Positions 35,591-50,000 of a stretch of DNA of 64,000 nucleotides are shown here, piece by piece; positions within the stretch are counted from its first letter, which is position 1; each line of letters opens with the position of its first letter. Under the pieces are notes generated by a model. That model was not told where the DNA came from. It saw nothing but the letters and a program-made list of their open reading frames with translations, and ran no database searches. Position numbers and translations under genes: made by a program. The stretch spans positions 35,280,001 to 35,344,000 of the forward strand of contig OZ076409.1 in the NCBI GenBank assembly GCA_964187785.1. Reading direction: 5' to 3'. The DNA is from Amphiscolops sp. MND2022. Lineage: Eukaryota.

Positions 35591-38500
35591 TGTTTATTTC
35601 TCAGTTAGTTTAATAAAACAGGTTCGAACTAAGACTGTTTTCAATGGTATGTGATCTGTCAATGTGCGATAAAAAGTCTAACTTTTTTTCTGATTCAAAT
35701 GATATAAATAAAGCACAGTACAATAGCATGGTATTTACAAACAGAAAACATCATTTGAAACGAAGTTCTTGGGCTGATTTTTTGATCGAAAGGAGTTTGA
35801 TTGAAAGTGTCACCGTAAGATTCGGTATCAGTATGTAAACCGTATTACATTCCATCTTCTGTGGTCTCCTCGGCTTACATTCCGGGTGCTGGGGTTTTTT
35901 TTCTTGCAATGTCCGATGGTTTGGGAAGCGGTTGTGGCGTTCTTTTCGGTTGTTCCAATGGTGGCCTGTAACATTTCAATATTATTATTTCATACCCAAA
36001 TGTTTCGAGTGATCGTAACCCCCGTATCTATTCGGTTGTTTGCTGTCACGGTTAGACCGTCGAACACTATTTTTGGTTGTTATATTCTCTGTTTTACTCT
36101 CACCGGCACACTCACATCGGTACACTCATTTAATTTTCTGTCCGTGTGGTGGTTTAACTAATCTTCGGGGGAAGTCGTAATTGGCCGGTAGCAGCCGTCC
36201 TGTTCGGTGGTATCGTGCTTCTCTAAATCATTTTCTTCATCCTCTATTTCTCCTTCCTCACTTTTGGAGTGTGATTCCGTTGTTTTGTTTAGAACGTTTT
36301 TTAGCTTTCCGTTCAGTACATCTCTCAGGATTTTGTTCCATTGTATGTACTTTCCGTCAATCCCTCTGAGACAGTGACTGTTTTTCGGACCTATTGTGTC
36401 TCCGCTCTTCGGTGCTGCTTTTCTTTCTTTCTGACATGTAATTGGACCCGAAATGAATTTTCGGTGAAATTTTTTCCGGAATAGGTGGTTTCAGTGTGTT
36501 CCGAATTTTTTTTGCTGTTTGCAAACTTTTCTGAAATCTACCTTCGACTGATTTCTTGTTGGTGTTCTTTTCCAAGAAATGAAAATGGTAGTTACTAACC
36601 GAAAATCTTCTTCTTCGCTTTTTCTTCGGGCCAAATTGATGTGGTTGGAAATACCCGTCTCCTTTTCTGGTATCGTAGATAGGTATCTCCGGTCGGGTAT
36701 CTGCTGCAATAAACGTTTCCGACCAAGTAGACACATTGATTTTCCGGTTTTCATTACCTTCGTTACTTCGGTTTTTGGTTTGCGACCTAATGTGAATCAG
36801 TAATTCAAACGGTGTGATTTTCAGTACCGTGTGTATTGAGAAGCGCATTACGTTACGTTTAATGCTCTATTAACGCAATCGGTCAAGCATAAATTATCTT
36901 CCATGTTAGCAACTATTAGATTCTTCAATCTTCGTATTGCACGTTCTACTGTTCCCGAACCGATATATAATCTCGGTGCACTATAATCCATCTCAATACT
37001 TTTCGATTTACAGAAAATTTTGTTTTGAAATGAATGCCCCGTTCTTTTCCGTTTTTATTTTTGCCAGGAGTCCGTATAAATCAAATTTTTATTTTAGGAA
37101 GTGCAGTACTTCTTTTGTTTCCGACGATTTACAAATCTGTACGGTTGGCCGTTTGCTAAATCTATCAACGGCAATTAAACTTTGGTGTTCTCCCTTTAAT
37201 TTTTTGTGGTTTAAATTTCCGAAAAAATCAGTTTGGTTTTCTTGTCCCGGTTCCTTTAGTGTTTTCAATTTTCCGAATGCATGTTTTGGCATTTGATAGT
37301 TTAGATTCTTACCCGATGCCATGCAGCCTACGCAGTTTTTGGTCTTCTTTTTTGACATATTCGGCCATCAGAATACTTTGGCTCCCTTGGTCATCTTTGT
37401 ATCTTTGTTTCTCCGGCATGTCCGAAGTGCAATGTGTTCAGTAACTTTTGTCTCAACTCGGTCGGTACAATTATCCGGTCTTCGTTGAATGTCAACCCTC
37501 ATTTGTTCGAAGACTTTTCGAATGCCGGTGGGTAGAATTCTAGGGCTGCATTTTTTTCGGCTCGTCTCATTGCGTCCCTGACTCGGTTCAATTCAGGATC
37601 TGTTGCAGACTTGGCGATAAGTGTTTTCAAGTCGAGCATGAAACTGAACTCGGCCTTTTGGATCGCATCTTCCATGACCTTTTCGTCTCCCACCATTTTC
37701 TCAATGACTTGATTTATGTGTATAAACTGAGCCTCTCTTCCTTCGGTGTTATATGCCTTCGGGTCCACAATCGTGAAGTTGGCCCCCTGTACTATTTGGC
37801 TTTCGCCCTCATTTTCCGGTTCTTTTTCTTCTTCCAAGAACTCCGGTTTTTGCTGGTTGTTATTGTTGACAAGGTCTTCGTCTTCTACAATTCGTTCGTT
37901 CAATGGTTGGTAGCCTCCGCCGAATCGGTTTGCCCGTGATAGCAATTCGCCGTCGATTTCAGCGATTTTTTCTCGACTTCTTTGTTCGGTCTCGAATGGA
38001 TCCCGATATGTTGTTGACATGTCAAACAAGCAGCGCATTGTTCCCGGTCTTGAGGCTTCTAGTATCCATTCTACCAATCTGAGGGCTTCTGGACTCTTCC
38101 TACTCCGTCTGATGATCTCGGCAGTTGCGCCCCAGCTGAAAAAACCCCGGTCCATTTCGTTTTTGAATAATGGTATTCCCGGTGAGTAATTTTAATTAAA
38201 CTTTGAATTTGAGTTTAGAATTACGTTTCGGATTTAACTTTCCGGTTTGAACATGTTTCGGCGCTTGGTCGATGTAAATTTCGCTTGATCGCAATTTTTG
38301 TTCACGTCTCGATTTTCTCTAAAGTTCTAATTCCTTTTGATTGGTTGTCTTTTGAAGTTTAGTTTGTTTTATTTCTTTCGGGTGCGGTTTGAGATTGGTC
38401 GACGAATAGTGATCGATATTTGATGTTTAATGCGGAATGATCTGAGAGGATGATAACTACATATTGCTCGTCGTCTTCTGTCGTTGGGTTCTCTACCGGA

Positions 38501-41402
38501 TTTCATTTCAAGAACTTGGTAAACTTTAGACAGCTACCGGCGATGTGTTGTATAGATATATCAAAGTGCGCAAGTCAATCTATTTAGCTTTGCGCTGTAT
38601 TGCCGGTTGAAACTGTTTCTTTTGATCAATGGTTCAAGTGCTTGGTGGTCTGTGTAGAACAAAAAGTTTTTCCGTAATTCTAGTTCCCCAATTGATGTTT
38701 GTTCACTTCCGTGTAAGTATCGGCTGCCGGACGCTATCGATTTTACTTGTCCCTCCGATTGCTGTTTTTGCCATAGTGTGATTTCTAGTCCGGTTTCGCT
38801 TGCATCAGTTGTTACAATGTTATCTTTGCCTTCTGCGTGAAATGCTAGTCAGGGTTCTTCGGTCAGCAAGATCTTTATGTTATTGCAATCTCCATCTTGT
38901 TTTTTCCCCAGTTTCATTTAGAATCTTTCTTTAGGAGTTTTCGGAGTCTTTTGGTTCTTCCCGATAATCTCGGGATAAACTTTGCGAAGTATTGTAATGC
39001 ACCGAGAAACGATTTCAGTTGATTCTGTATCTCCCTACGGTTCAATTCCGGTATTGTTTTTACCTTCTCTGTGTTCGGTTTGATTCCCGTTTCGTCAATT
39101 GCATGTCCCAACCATTTGGTTTTAATGAAGAAGAAATCCGATTTTTTTTTCGATTGCTCGATATCCTGCATGTTCTATTTTTTCCACCAAGTCAAATCAT
39201 TTTTTCCTCAACTCCAATCCGGTTTCCTCTTGTGACCACTATTATATCGTCCAGCCAAGGCTGTGTAAAATAATCTAGAGGTTGGTCAATGTTTTCTTGA
39301 AATATTGTTGGGATTTCGGCAAGACCGTAAAATCCCTTTTTGAATGGGTAATATACACTGAATTTCCCTCCGGTTATCGCAAATAAGCCTTGTCGACTTT
39401 TTTTTGATAATTACATCTGACCCTACGCGTAATCCAGGTCGGTTTTTGATATCAACAGCTCTTTTGTTCGGTCGCTCGTTTTCTCTATTGAAATCTAATT
39501 CAACAGTTCTTCCATGTTCGGCAAGTGGGGTCTGATTTTTACGCTGGTGTCATTTAATTTTCTCGAGTCTAATGCAATTTTAACCGATTTACCAATTTTT
39601 ACATTACTACCGGCGAAACGAAACTGTCTTCATCCACATGTTTTACTTTTTTGGGTGTCCGGTTTTTAATATCTTCTCCAATTCTTCACCGACTTCTTCA
39701 TGTAAAAGTAGATAGGTCTTGCTTTTTCTTTCACTTGATAATGTTTCAATTTTAGCTGGATGTTAATTTCGGTATCGTTTATTGGTGTTTTGTTCTTGAA
39801 TGAGTATGGGAATTTTTCGATTCCTCGTTTTTTTCTGATTGGTTATATTTTTGTCTGTTCGGATGTTTCTGATTGTTAAGTTAAATTTCTTCATCCAGTC
39901 CATTCCGAGTAGTGGTCTTAAGTCATCTTTTCCGGTAATTAATATTTGCATTTTCTGTTTGTTGTTCTCGTTTTCGATATCCGTCTGTATTCGTCCTCAA
40001 GTTTTTACTCAGTGTTGTTTACATATTGATACCGATGTTCTACTTTTTGATTTTCTGTTTACTCCAGTATGTTTTCATCTGCCGGCATTACTAAAATCGT
40101 TGATCCTGTATCTACTATGAATTTTTTCTCAAAACCATTCACTTTGACATTTGCTGTCAGGTATGTAATTTTATTGGTGACGCTGTTCATCCTTTCAATT
40201 CTGTAGATACTCGATTCTGATTCGTCGGATTCTCCGCCAATTGCAGTAGTTTCTTCCTCGGTTACATTTTGCACTTCGCGTTTGTAAATCTCTTTCTGTC
40301 TGCATACCCTGGCAAAGTGTCCTTTCTTTCCGCAATTGTTGGAGAGTTTATTCAATGCCGGGAATTTATGAGTTGGGTTCCTGTTTGGTGCGTTACAAAA
40401 TTTGTAAGGGTGTCGTTTATCATTTAATTTCTCAGTCATGTTCCGTTTTCTGTCTTGGTTCTTCTTTTATTTCTTTTTCTCGGTTGCTGATTAGGGCTTC
40501 CGGTATTGTGTTCTTTCGATTTTTTCTTTCATATGTGTTCTGTTTGATCAATTCGATTCGATTGTTTTCTTCAGTTCGGGGTTCTTTTGTTTCATTAACT
40601 TGTCTCGTAGTTTTGTATCCGTAATTGCGGTCATAAATTTTGAGATGAGTAGGTCTTCCGCTGTACCTCCTCCAAATGCACATCCTTTTCTATTTCTCTC
40701 TTTCTCTCCCGGAAATCTTTGGGTGTTTTGGGTTCGGTCTGTGTCGTCCAAAAGAATTCTTCACAGTTGTGAAATGGGTTCGTTTTGGTAAGAAGTATTC
40801 ATTAAAAAGGCGGATCAAATCTTGCACTGCTATTTTGTCTGGTTCGGTTTGTATTCCGCCGGTGTCATCTGATACAATGCTTCGAGGGCTATGCCTCAAA
40901 TGAAATCTTCTTGTTTTTCCATTTCTTTTTCGGTCCAAGTGGTTTCTGTCATTTCGGCTCCCCGTGTTAGTTCGGATTTGTATTTTCTCTTTACGTTTTG
41001 GCGAAATCTTTCGAGCCATTGTTTCGGTGTAAAAATGTGATTCCCGTCTGATGTGACCTCGAGATTATGTACTTTGATTTGTTTTGCCTCAGTTGTCATA
41101 TTCTTTGTTTCGATAAAATTCAGCGGGTTTTGAAAATGCTGACCGTGACATGTTCTATATCTCGGTTGCGATGATAAAACGAGATCTAACTAAGACTTTT
41201 TTCTTTGAGATGTGATCTGTCAATGTACGATCTGAAGTCCAAATATTTTTTTTCTAGTTCAAATGTTACAAATAACGTACACTACAATAGCATAATCTTT
41301 ACAAACAGAAAGCATCGTTTAATCAGGCTAGATTTTGATCGATACGAAATTGATTGACAGTGTCAACGTAAGATTCGCTATCGGTATTGGCACCGTATTA
41401 CA
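35591..41402 (-). mobile_element. Nested Ty3/Gypsy element (Mag/K02A2.6-like) with a full but decayed gag-pol; LTRs 35591-35849 and 41151-41402; TSD CATAC
   Basis: Both LTRs are TG...CA and share actaagact...tgtgatctgtcaatg...tttacaaacagaaa...ccgtattaca. CATAC at 35586-35590 and 41403-41407. PPT AGAAGATGGAA (minus strand). Gag CCHC (CGKKGHFARVC), protease FIVDTGS and LLGMDW, RT WLDDII and WLGH, RNase H TTDAS, integrase CVGC...IAVDRFSK. Confidence 0.93.
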
Positions 41403-41699
41403 CATACGACTTAAACAACTGACTACAGAGCCAGACTCAACACCTCAAAAGCCTGCACACTCTGACGAAAGCGAATCCCCACAAGAGTTATACTATGAAC
41501 ACTTGCTAGATGCTCCTGATAACTAGATTACAAACACCACACAAAAAACCACTTCAAACCCAGAAATCACACCAGAAATTCACTACAGAAAACCCTTTCT
41601 TGCAATGATCAAAATCAACTCTAATTAGATGAAGACGTCAATAATCACATACAGTTAGTTAGGCCGGGAACAAAACCTGTCTTAGCTACCAACTTCAAC

Positions 41700-44600
41700 C
41701 TCTTGAACTTTGAAACGAAAACAAGACATGTACTGTGGGCCAATGGACTTCGAAAAACTCACACTTGACATACTCATAGACACATGAGTCCTGACAAGTG
41801 CAATCTCTGAACAGGACCTCAACAAAATCAAATTGCTAGCAAATGAAGCAATAAAAGACACTTGCCCACCGCCTAATTTCCGATTTACGATGGCAAATGG
41901 CCAATTAAAGGAACCCATCAACACAGTACGCTTTGAATTTGAGGTGGCTGATTCAATGCCACGAGAGAACGAAATCATCATCAAAAACCTACCAAACCCA
42001 CTATATTGGTTTTAAGCTTCCCGTGACAAAAAACGCCATTTTTGATATCACTCACTGCATCCTAACTTTCGCGGACCTTTCAATGGAACTAAAACTAGAC
42101 ACACAACTAGCATTACGTCAAGCAACATCATTGTTTGCAGGAAACACATAAACCCTACAACGTGGCAAAACTCTCGCCCTAGCAATCAAAATACCCACCT
42201 GTAATACGCCAAAGGAAAAGTAACACCTTCACCACAATTTGACCACCACCATAGCATTTTCATCCCATCATCTCTTAGCTCCATCAACAAAAACGCTATA
42301 TTTCTCAAATAAACAACTTTTCTAAACTGCCATATACCATTACCCTTGATACCAATTTAACGGATTTTAAGATACCGACCAAAGAGCAGAGAAAAATATT
42401 TAACCAATAGGTCCAGCGATGCTATCCTTCTATGATAGAAAACGAAGATATAACCGAGATCTACATAAACGAGCTCTTCAAAGTACCAACACAGAGCGCA
42501 GAACAAGATTCCAACTGGTTCCCAAAACCAGAGGGTCCAATTGACCCCAAAACATATACACCAATACAACAACCAATGTACACTGAACTTTTCGAACTCA
42601 AAGAATTCGAGAAATTAAATGCACAAGATGATAAAACCTCCTGAAAATTGTTCATCACTTTGACTGGTCTGATACGACACCCAGCCCACAACAACAACAA
42701 CAAAATGAAGGAATACGTTTCGAATTCCAAGATTTTTTGCCAGACAACGTTTCGATATTGGCACAAATCGTGAATTCAAGGTAAGATCAACGCCTAATGA
42801 TATCAGGCCTGGATAAAGCCAAAGAATACTAACACAAATCAAATTCAAAGATGATATCACAGTGGAACTCGCACTTCTACACAAATACGGAATTATATTA
42901 ACTCTACCTTTTTCAAAACACGCGAGCCCCATTTTTGCACTTGTAAACCTAACGGGTGTCTCACACCCCTCGTGGAGCGCAGCAATTTCAATAATCTAAT
43001 TACCGAAGCTTACATCAACAACAACAACCACCCGGTATGCACCTTATTGGATACAGCAAACACATGGCGGGATTTTTTTTTGCAAATTAGGCTGCTTCCA
43101 CGCTTATCAATGCCTACAACTGGCATATTACCAATCCACACAAATGCTCGCGCCCAACTTTGCGAGCAGAATCTTTGCTCATCGTCGACTTGCCCAAGGA
43201 TTAACACCTTCGCAATCACTCTCAGCAATCTCATACTTTACGAGAGAATACCTTGACAGAGCAATCAAGACAGAACAATGCGCACATTACGAAGACTACC
43301 TTGGCATTGCAGCAAACGACACAAAACAATCATGTGCAAATATCAGGATTGTTTTTGAATGTATACGAAATGCCCGCCTGAAACTCACAATGTCAAAATG
43401 CTATTTCAGTGGCAAAAAGTCAACATCCTAGGCGGAACAACTACAACCAGCGGTGTCGCCCATCAAGCTGACAATGGTAGGAATCTAAAAGTGCACTTTA
43501 ACGTACATGGGTTTTCTAAACGTTTACCGGAAGGACACTCCAAGACACCCTGAAGAGTTATCTCCATTCTCCAAAAAAATCTTCGAGAAAACATCCAAAA
43601 TCTTTGTATCCACAAATTTGGTTAAAGGTTGCAACAATCTGGAAAAACGTCTTGAAAACTCTTGGCTTCTAGCTTTGAGGTAGTTCTTCAGAGATAAACA
43701 AGTCGACGTCATGTCTGACGTAAGCTTCGCAGCAGCAGGAATGCCATAATCATAGAGAACGACCCGAACAAAAAACTCGAGTCCAAACGCAAGACGTACT
43801 CACCCATAGCGTTTGGATCCAAAACCTTCAACCCGACACAAACAAAATTGTCCATAGACGCAAAAGAATTTCTATCGATCTATTTTGATATCGTCGAACT
43901 TGAACGCCTCATGTGGAGCAGAACTTTCCGAGCCAACGTGTTCACCGACGAAACAATTTTGTAATCGCCCATGTTGCTGGTTAAATGGATACTGAATCCA
44001 TTTTCCTAACAAGAGCTTAATACATTCCAACTAGGAAACTCGTACTGAGCATACGAAACGATATCCAAACATTAGGCATAGAAGTCAACATCCAATTATC
44101 AGGTATTTTGGAGGAAGAAAAAACTTACATACTGCCGGATGATGCAATTGACGAAAACATTTTCTGGAAGAAAAACCAAACGTCCAAATTGAAGCCCAAA
44201 ATGAAACACACAAGGCCCTAGAGAACAATGTAACTGAACTCCAACAATTCCGAAAACCTACATCTGTCTTGAACAATTGCTCAGAAGGACACTTCAGAGA
44301 TATTGCCACAATCAGATCTGAGCAAAATACGATACAGGTCTCAGAAATCAGAGAGCCAAAATCGAAGGAAACCCCTTTAACGAAAACGAATTGGCATTCC
44401 ATCCGGTTATAGGTTCCAGCAATATATCCAAAACATCGCAAGATTCGAAACTAAACCAGGCGTTCTTACACGAAAATACTACACGGACACGCGATCCACT
44501 TCGCGTTACAAGATTTTATAATCAATACAGCTCTTAGGAGAATTTTCTTCAAGTCCTATATTCTTACAACTCGAACCATCTAGCGATTACAAAGCTGGTA

Positions 44601-45200
44601 CAGGAAGCCAGACAGAAACATTACTACCCATTGCCAAATAGATCAAAAAAGGGTTAGATCAGAAAATGTCATCAGAAAACACAAGTATTTGCTGCAGTTC
44701 TAGAAAATGAGCCTAAACAAGCAACAATGAAACGTACTCAAACAATGGGGCTCCTGGTAAGAACTCAGGCATCATGGAAAACACACCTGAAAACTGCAAA
44801 GGCTATTTTAGAAACAATTGGCATAAACTTCTTCCTCTCGCAGTGCTAAATCATAATACATTCATCAGTTGGTTGCGAATTACAGTTTCGTGAGTTTAGA
44901 TGGCACGGTTCTAATGAAATCATAATAAGTCTCCCTAAAAATAATTATATCGTTAGAAGGCTTGGAACTAATAAAACACAACTAGTGCACGGCATTTGTT
45001 CGCTCCACAAGCGTCCTTAGCAGACATCTTCGTCCACGAGACAGATTGGCAGGAAGATGCTCAAATGAAAGTGACACAAGCTGATCTATATGCTCAATCG
45101 TTGGATACAATTTTTGATCCTAACCCATATGAGGACAACCCCCAGATTACTTACAACAATTAGAAGGCATTGAATACGTCACAATTAAAGTACCAGGAAT
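41700..45200 (+). pseudogene. Gypsy pol (protease-RT-RNase H-integrase), heavily decayed
   Basis: LIDT..LTSAISE (protease), ASPIF, FASRIFAHRRLAQGL, HYEDYLGIAA (decayed YVDD box), LKLTMSKC, MSDVSFAAAG (RNase H). Confidence 0.85.
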
Positions 45201-45444
45201 TAACCCAAACTACTCAAATTCATTTAGATACTAAAAAGACTGACAGACGAAACCTTTTTTCAAACTTTCTTCCGTGGAGCCTCCGTGTGTTTTATACTGT
45301 TTCACTCAACAAGTGCTCCACTAACATCATCTGCCAATCATCATCAGAACAACAACAGTAATAAACACAAAGCACATTAAATACGAAATATACAAAAATT
45401 AAATGCAGAAACCAAATTACACAAGGAGTAGAGATCACAATTCA

Positions 45445-46418
45445 ATTATTCTTGACTTTACCTCTCTCCTTATCCATCTTCACACCCCCAGCAGCTCCTT
45501 CATCAGTGCAGCGTGAAACAGTCACAGATACACAACCCAGATTGGGGCCCGAACTCGGACAGCTACTGGTACTGGGTGATTGGCTTGCACTAGAAGTAGA
45601 CATATCCAGAAATAGAGATAAACCTTCACCTCGCAGATCGGACTTTTTTGTGCAGTTTCCATACCGAATAAACCGACTCGACGAGGTCCACTTCCCTTCA
45701 AGGAGTTCCAGATTGAAAATCTTTAATGATGGAAAAATCCAGGCTCACAACTCGATGAGCGAAAAACACGACAGATAGTCTTAGAATTTCTATGCAAACT
45801 GAAAACGTGGGGTACGGTGAGATAAGACCTCTGTAAACTCCGGACTGCAAAATAGTATAAATTTACATCGGACATCCATATTTAGGTGGATCCGAGACCA
45901 CTGGTGGTAAACGCAAGCAAGCATATCTGAATAACTGCAGAATTTCAGGTCGGCAATGCACTTGGAAATGGGAATAACAAAAGTGTTTCCATTCGTCCCT
46001 GGCATCTCGCTGGTAGAACATAGCTTAACAGCGGACAAGTTTACTGACTCACTGACTCACTGACATGGTTTCTACTTACAGTCATTCATCTCTCGGTAAC
46101 AAAGTGGTTGTAAAATTTTCGACAGAGATTTGAGACATAGTTTTGACATCCAACATGACAGAGTAGTTGAACGCTGATAGCCCTCGGATGAACGGATTTT
46201 ACAACCTCATGTGAAAGCAGGGCTCAACAAAATACTTTGCAACATAAAAATGATTGCTCCACACATTCACTGGGCCGGGGTAGGGGGCTCGATGTAATCA
46301 ACTGAGCAGGGGTCTCGAAAGGCAGATTAGATTTTAGGTCATTTATAACGATTTTTAAATATGCATCCCAATCAGACACGTCTCCGTGAAAACTGTCTGG
46401 AAACAAATTTTGAAGCAT
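45445..46418 (-). pseudogene. Decayed orphan ORF(s) antisense to the outer Gypsy pol
   Basis: ORFs 46224..46418 and 45790..46038 plus a continuing, mostly open frame to ~45445 (IFNLELLEGKWTSSSRFIRYGNC...). Higher GC than the flanks; no family recognised. Confidence 0.35.
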
Positions 46419-47149
46419 ACTCTACAAAAAATCGAAAATTGGTGATACAGCCTAGACCTGTTTCCGACGTGACAGTGGACTTGAGAAAACGCTGAGTTAT
46501 CTAAATCAGAAAGAAGTAGATCGAAACAACCAAAGCCAGAGCTGATAATTACCTAACAAAGTGCAAATAATGAGGAGTAAGCGTCAGTATACGTTTATGA
46601 ACAAACAATCACGCATCACAGTACGCAACTACAATCCTGGAAATGTGTCGATACACGCTGTCCGAGCATACATCACTATGCGGAAATGGAATTCCGAGCA
46701 AACGTAAAAATGCGGATTTCTTTACAATGAACATACGACAGCATGCGGATTTCACTGAGACGCGTATACGTCGGCGGTCGGTGGCTTTAACTGGGACTCT
46801 AAGTATGCGTATGCGTCACTATGCAAAATCTGATGGATCTTATATGTATATATACATATTATTTGACACATGATTTTTTTTGACACATGTTATTATCTCT
46901 ATCGGGAAGGCCAAAGATCGAAAAGATGGACTCTGATGAATTTATTGAATATCGAGTTAACAGATGCGGAAAAAGAACCTAACTAATGAACTAATGAAAG
47001 TTGAAATCGGAGTCGAAAACTAGGTGTGATGCATTAGGAGTTTTTACAAATTTGTTATAAGTCATACTAACAGTGGTCGATGACACAATGGATGATGAAT
47101 AATAGCGCCAGGTAGGCAGTGTCCAACCAAAAATGCTCATCTAGAGTGT

Positions 47150-49267
47150 TGGGCTAGAAATAATTACCACATCTTAGTATGGTGGAAGCCAAGGAAACCA
47201 ACTGGGAAACTGGAGACGTACTTCTCTCGTATGGAATCGGTGAGCTGGGAGTCAAGCACTTTGTGAGAGATGTTCCCTGATGGTACGATCCCAATTCCGG
47301 AAAGGGCAGTCGATAAACTCGGAAGCCTCATTCAAAGTATCTTGCAGAGATCACGCACTGGAAGCAAAAACAAAATGAGATAAATGGACAAAGCGGACAA
47401 CGCAATAAAGGTAAAATGATGTTGTGCCTTACGGGGAGGATCTATAGATTTCAGCCAGTCCCTGTCCAATGCTGTGCGCAACTTCACCAACAGAAAGTTT
47501 ATGATAGTGCGAAAGTCATGTCTCTCAACAATCGTGGCAGTTGTGAGAGCCAAGCACTGTTCGGACTCGCCGGGCCAACGTTTTTAACAAAACTAAACCC
47601 GGGCGATGCTGTCCAAACACCGTAAACGTAACGCACACACTCAACTTTTCATCTACTCCATTAAAACTGACACAAGGTGAAGGGATTTCAAACAAATTGA
47701 TCAGCGATGCAATCAGGGTCAGGATTTTCCGGGGAATCAGTATTACGCGTTGGCCAGTTCCAATGTACTCTGGATTCGAGTCGTTGCCGGACCAAACGCT
47801 AATGAACAAGTGAGTTTTAGTGACTGAATGAAGCATTGATGATGAGTAAGATGCACTGGAAGCCGAGTTTGTCACACAATAACTGGCCAATTCGCGAAAC
47901 ATGTGGACGGTGATTCCCTAAACAATGAGAACATTTCAATTTTGTATACCGGGATTTGCGAATCCACGAACCTAAAGACTACCCATGAGGTAGAAAGAAG
48001 AAACATGAACGAGAACAAGAAAGTGAGTACCTAATCGGTAGAAAATGACGTGAAAGCGGAATACTTGAAAATAATCGGCAAGGACTCCAATTGAAGGAGA
48101 CAGCACATCCACTTTCGTTCGAAAAACGATCGACCTCTTGGTAAAGATCAGTCAAACAAGCAATTTGACCACCATGCAGCAACCCAATCCCAAGCACACA
48201 GATTTGAGTGATGACCGTTTCAATGGGACTTTCATCAGTTCCTGAAGTGGGGAGTGCATCTTGGTCAACCAACAATCGACACCAATCCAGTTGCGGGGCA
48301 ATTGGATAAGCCTCCTTTGCGGTCTTCCTGGCGTCCTGTAAAGTTACACCTTGGAGCTCATATTCGTTCTTGTCATACAAGGGCATCTCCGGGGTTTCCA
48401 TACGGATTTGATAAACTTTGATCAAGTGTGAGTTGATCTTGTATTGAGCCATGAGCTCTAGAATTTCTCGGCTCATAAGGGAAAATGAATGCTTGCAGAC
48501 ACGACACCACCATTCATATGGTCTAAGGGTACGGTGGCTGAGAATTTCAGGACTGGGTGCTTTCAAAATACATTCCCCTTGAGGGAATCCCTTTGAGGGC
48601 CTGTGTCAATTATTACGTACGACGGGAAGTTAACCACATCAATGCTCCAACTGACTCTCGAACAGATAAGTTTCAGCCTGTTCGCTAGTTCCCAGCTAGT
48701 TCCCATCAAGTGATGAAGAGGCCTCGGGGTCCTCAAGTACAACCACATACAAGTCAGCATTTACCTCTGCGTTAGAATCCAATTAAAGCGATTGGGGGAC
48801 TCGTCCAAGAGCGTTGATGAGAGCAATAATCTCGTTACTGGTAATACTGATGCTAGGAACGTCCAATTCCGGCTGTTCATTCTCTTCAATCGATGAAAAG
48901 TCACGTTCGAGCGGGTGCCATCGTTTGAAGGTGTGAAGCGATGAAGGAGTTTGTAATTTGAAACATTGTAATAAAAGTCCCTTCGGCGACCGTGCTCTGA
49001 GAATTAACAATATGCATTGTTGGGATTCCTGAAACGAGGGGGACTACAAGACTTTCAAGAGTCTATGGAGGCGCTGCAAACAGTCCCTCAACAGGCTCGA
49101 CGAGTCTTTGATATCACCTTGAACTTCTGCATTTGGGCTTTCGGTGGTGATCACACTGATATGATCGGGGTTAGCTATCAAGGTTGGCTCGGGTAACTGA
49201 GCTGGCAGAATGACTCTAAAGGAGTACAGATCTTCGTGGGTGAACGGGCGGAGACTTCACAGTCCAT
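47150..49267 (-). pseudogene. Tightly packed, intronless orphan ORF cluster antisense to the outer Gypsy
   Basis: Abutting or overlapping ORFs 48783..49010, 48563..48760, 47979..48566, 47525..47902 and 47332..47553. Single frameshifts join them into ~160-260 aa proteins. AATAAA on the minus strand at ~46941-46946. Confidence 0.5.
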
Positions 49268-50000
49268 CCGAATTTAACAAAAACAAATGAATTTGTTGCC
49301 GTCTATTTAGGAAGAAGCACGTTTAAAAATAGAGTAAATTTCCTCAAATCGGACGCGTTGGTTGGAAATTCAAGACAGGCGGGAATCGTCAAATACGGGC
49401 GAGAGGATTATACTGATGATATGAGGAATGTACGAAGTGGATTCGGAAGACCGAGGTGAAAACGGAGAAACTTTTTTTTACAATTTTAAAAGGACTTTGA
49501 AACACTTTTGCAAATTACAGCAATAATTTGGATAATAATGCAAAAAGTGTGGCGTACAAGGACAATGCATTAAGCAAATGATAAGTTCAAATAATAAACA
49601 GCCGAGTTTTGAGCTCAACGCTGATTGGTCAATTATAGACATCAACCTCTTCCCGACATACCCGCCGATCTTTCAGCCTGAAACTACAAGCCCTCACCAA
49701 GTCCAAATCAGTGAACCGAGAAACCCACAAGTAGTGTCTCACACTATGACATTATTTGAGACAACCAGAATATAGTGACTATGAGTGACTATGAACAATG
49801 TAACACCATGGGATTCAAATACCACTACGGGGATCGCTTGACAGGAAACCACAAGTCGTCGTTCCAACCCATTCACTAAACAAAATTGGTTTCCCCTTCA
49901 ATGTCGTCCATAGCAAAAAACATTTACTCATCCAAGTAGACAAAAGACAGATGTTTCGAATAGCCGACTGTTACGGGCTACTATGATTGGTTGAGAAGTG

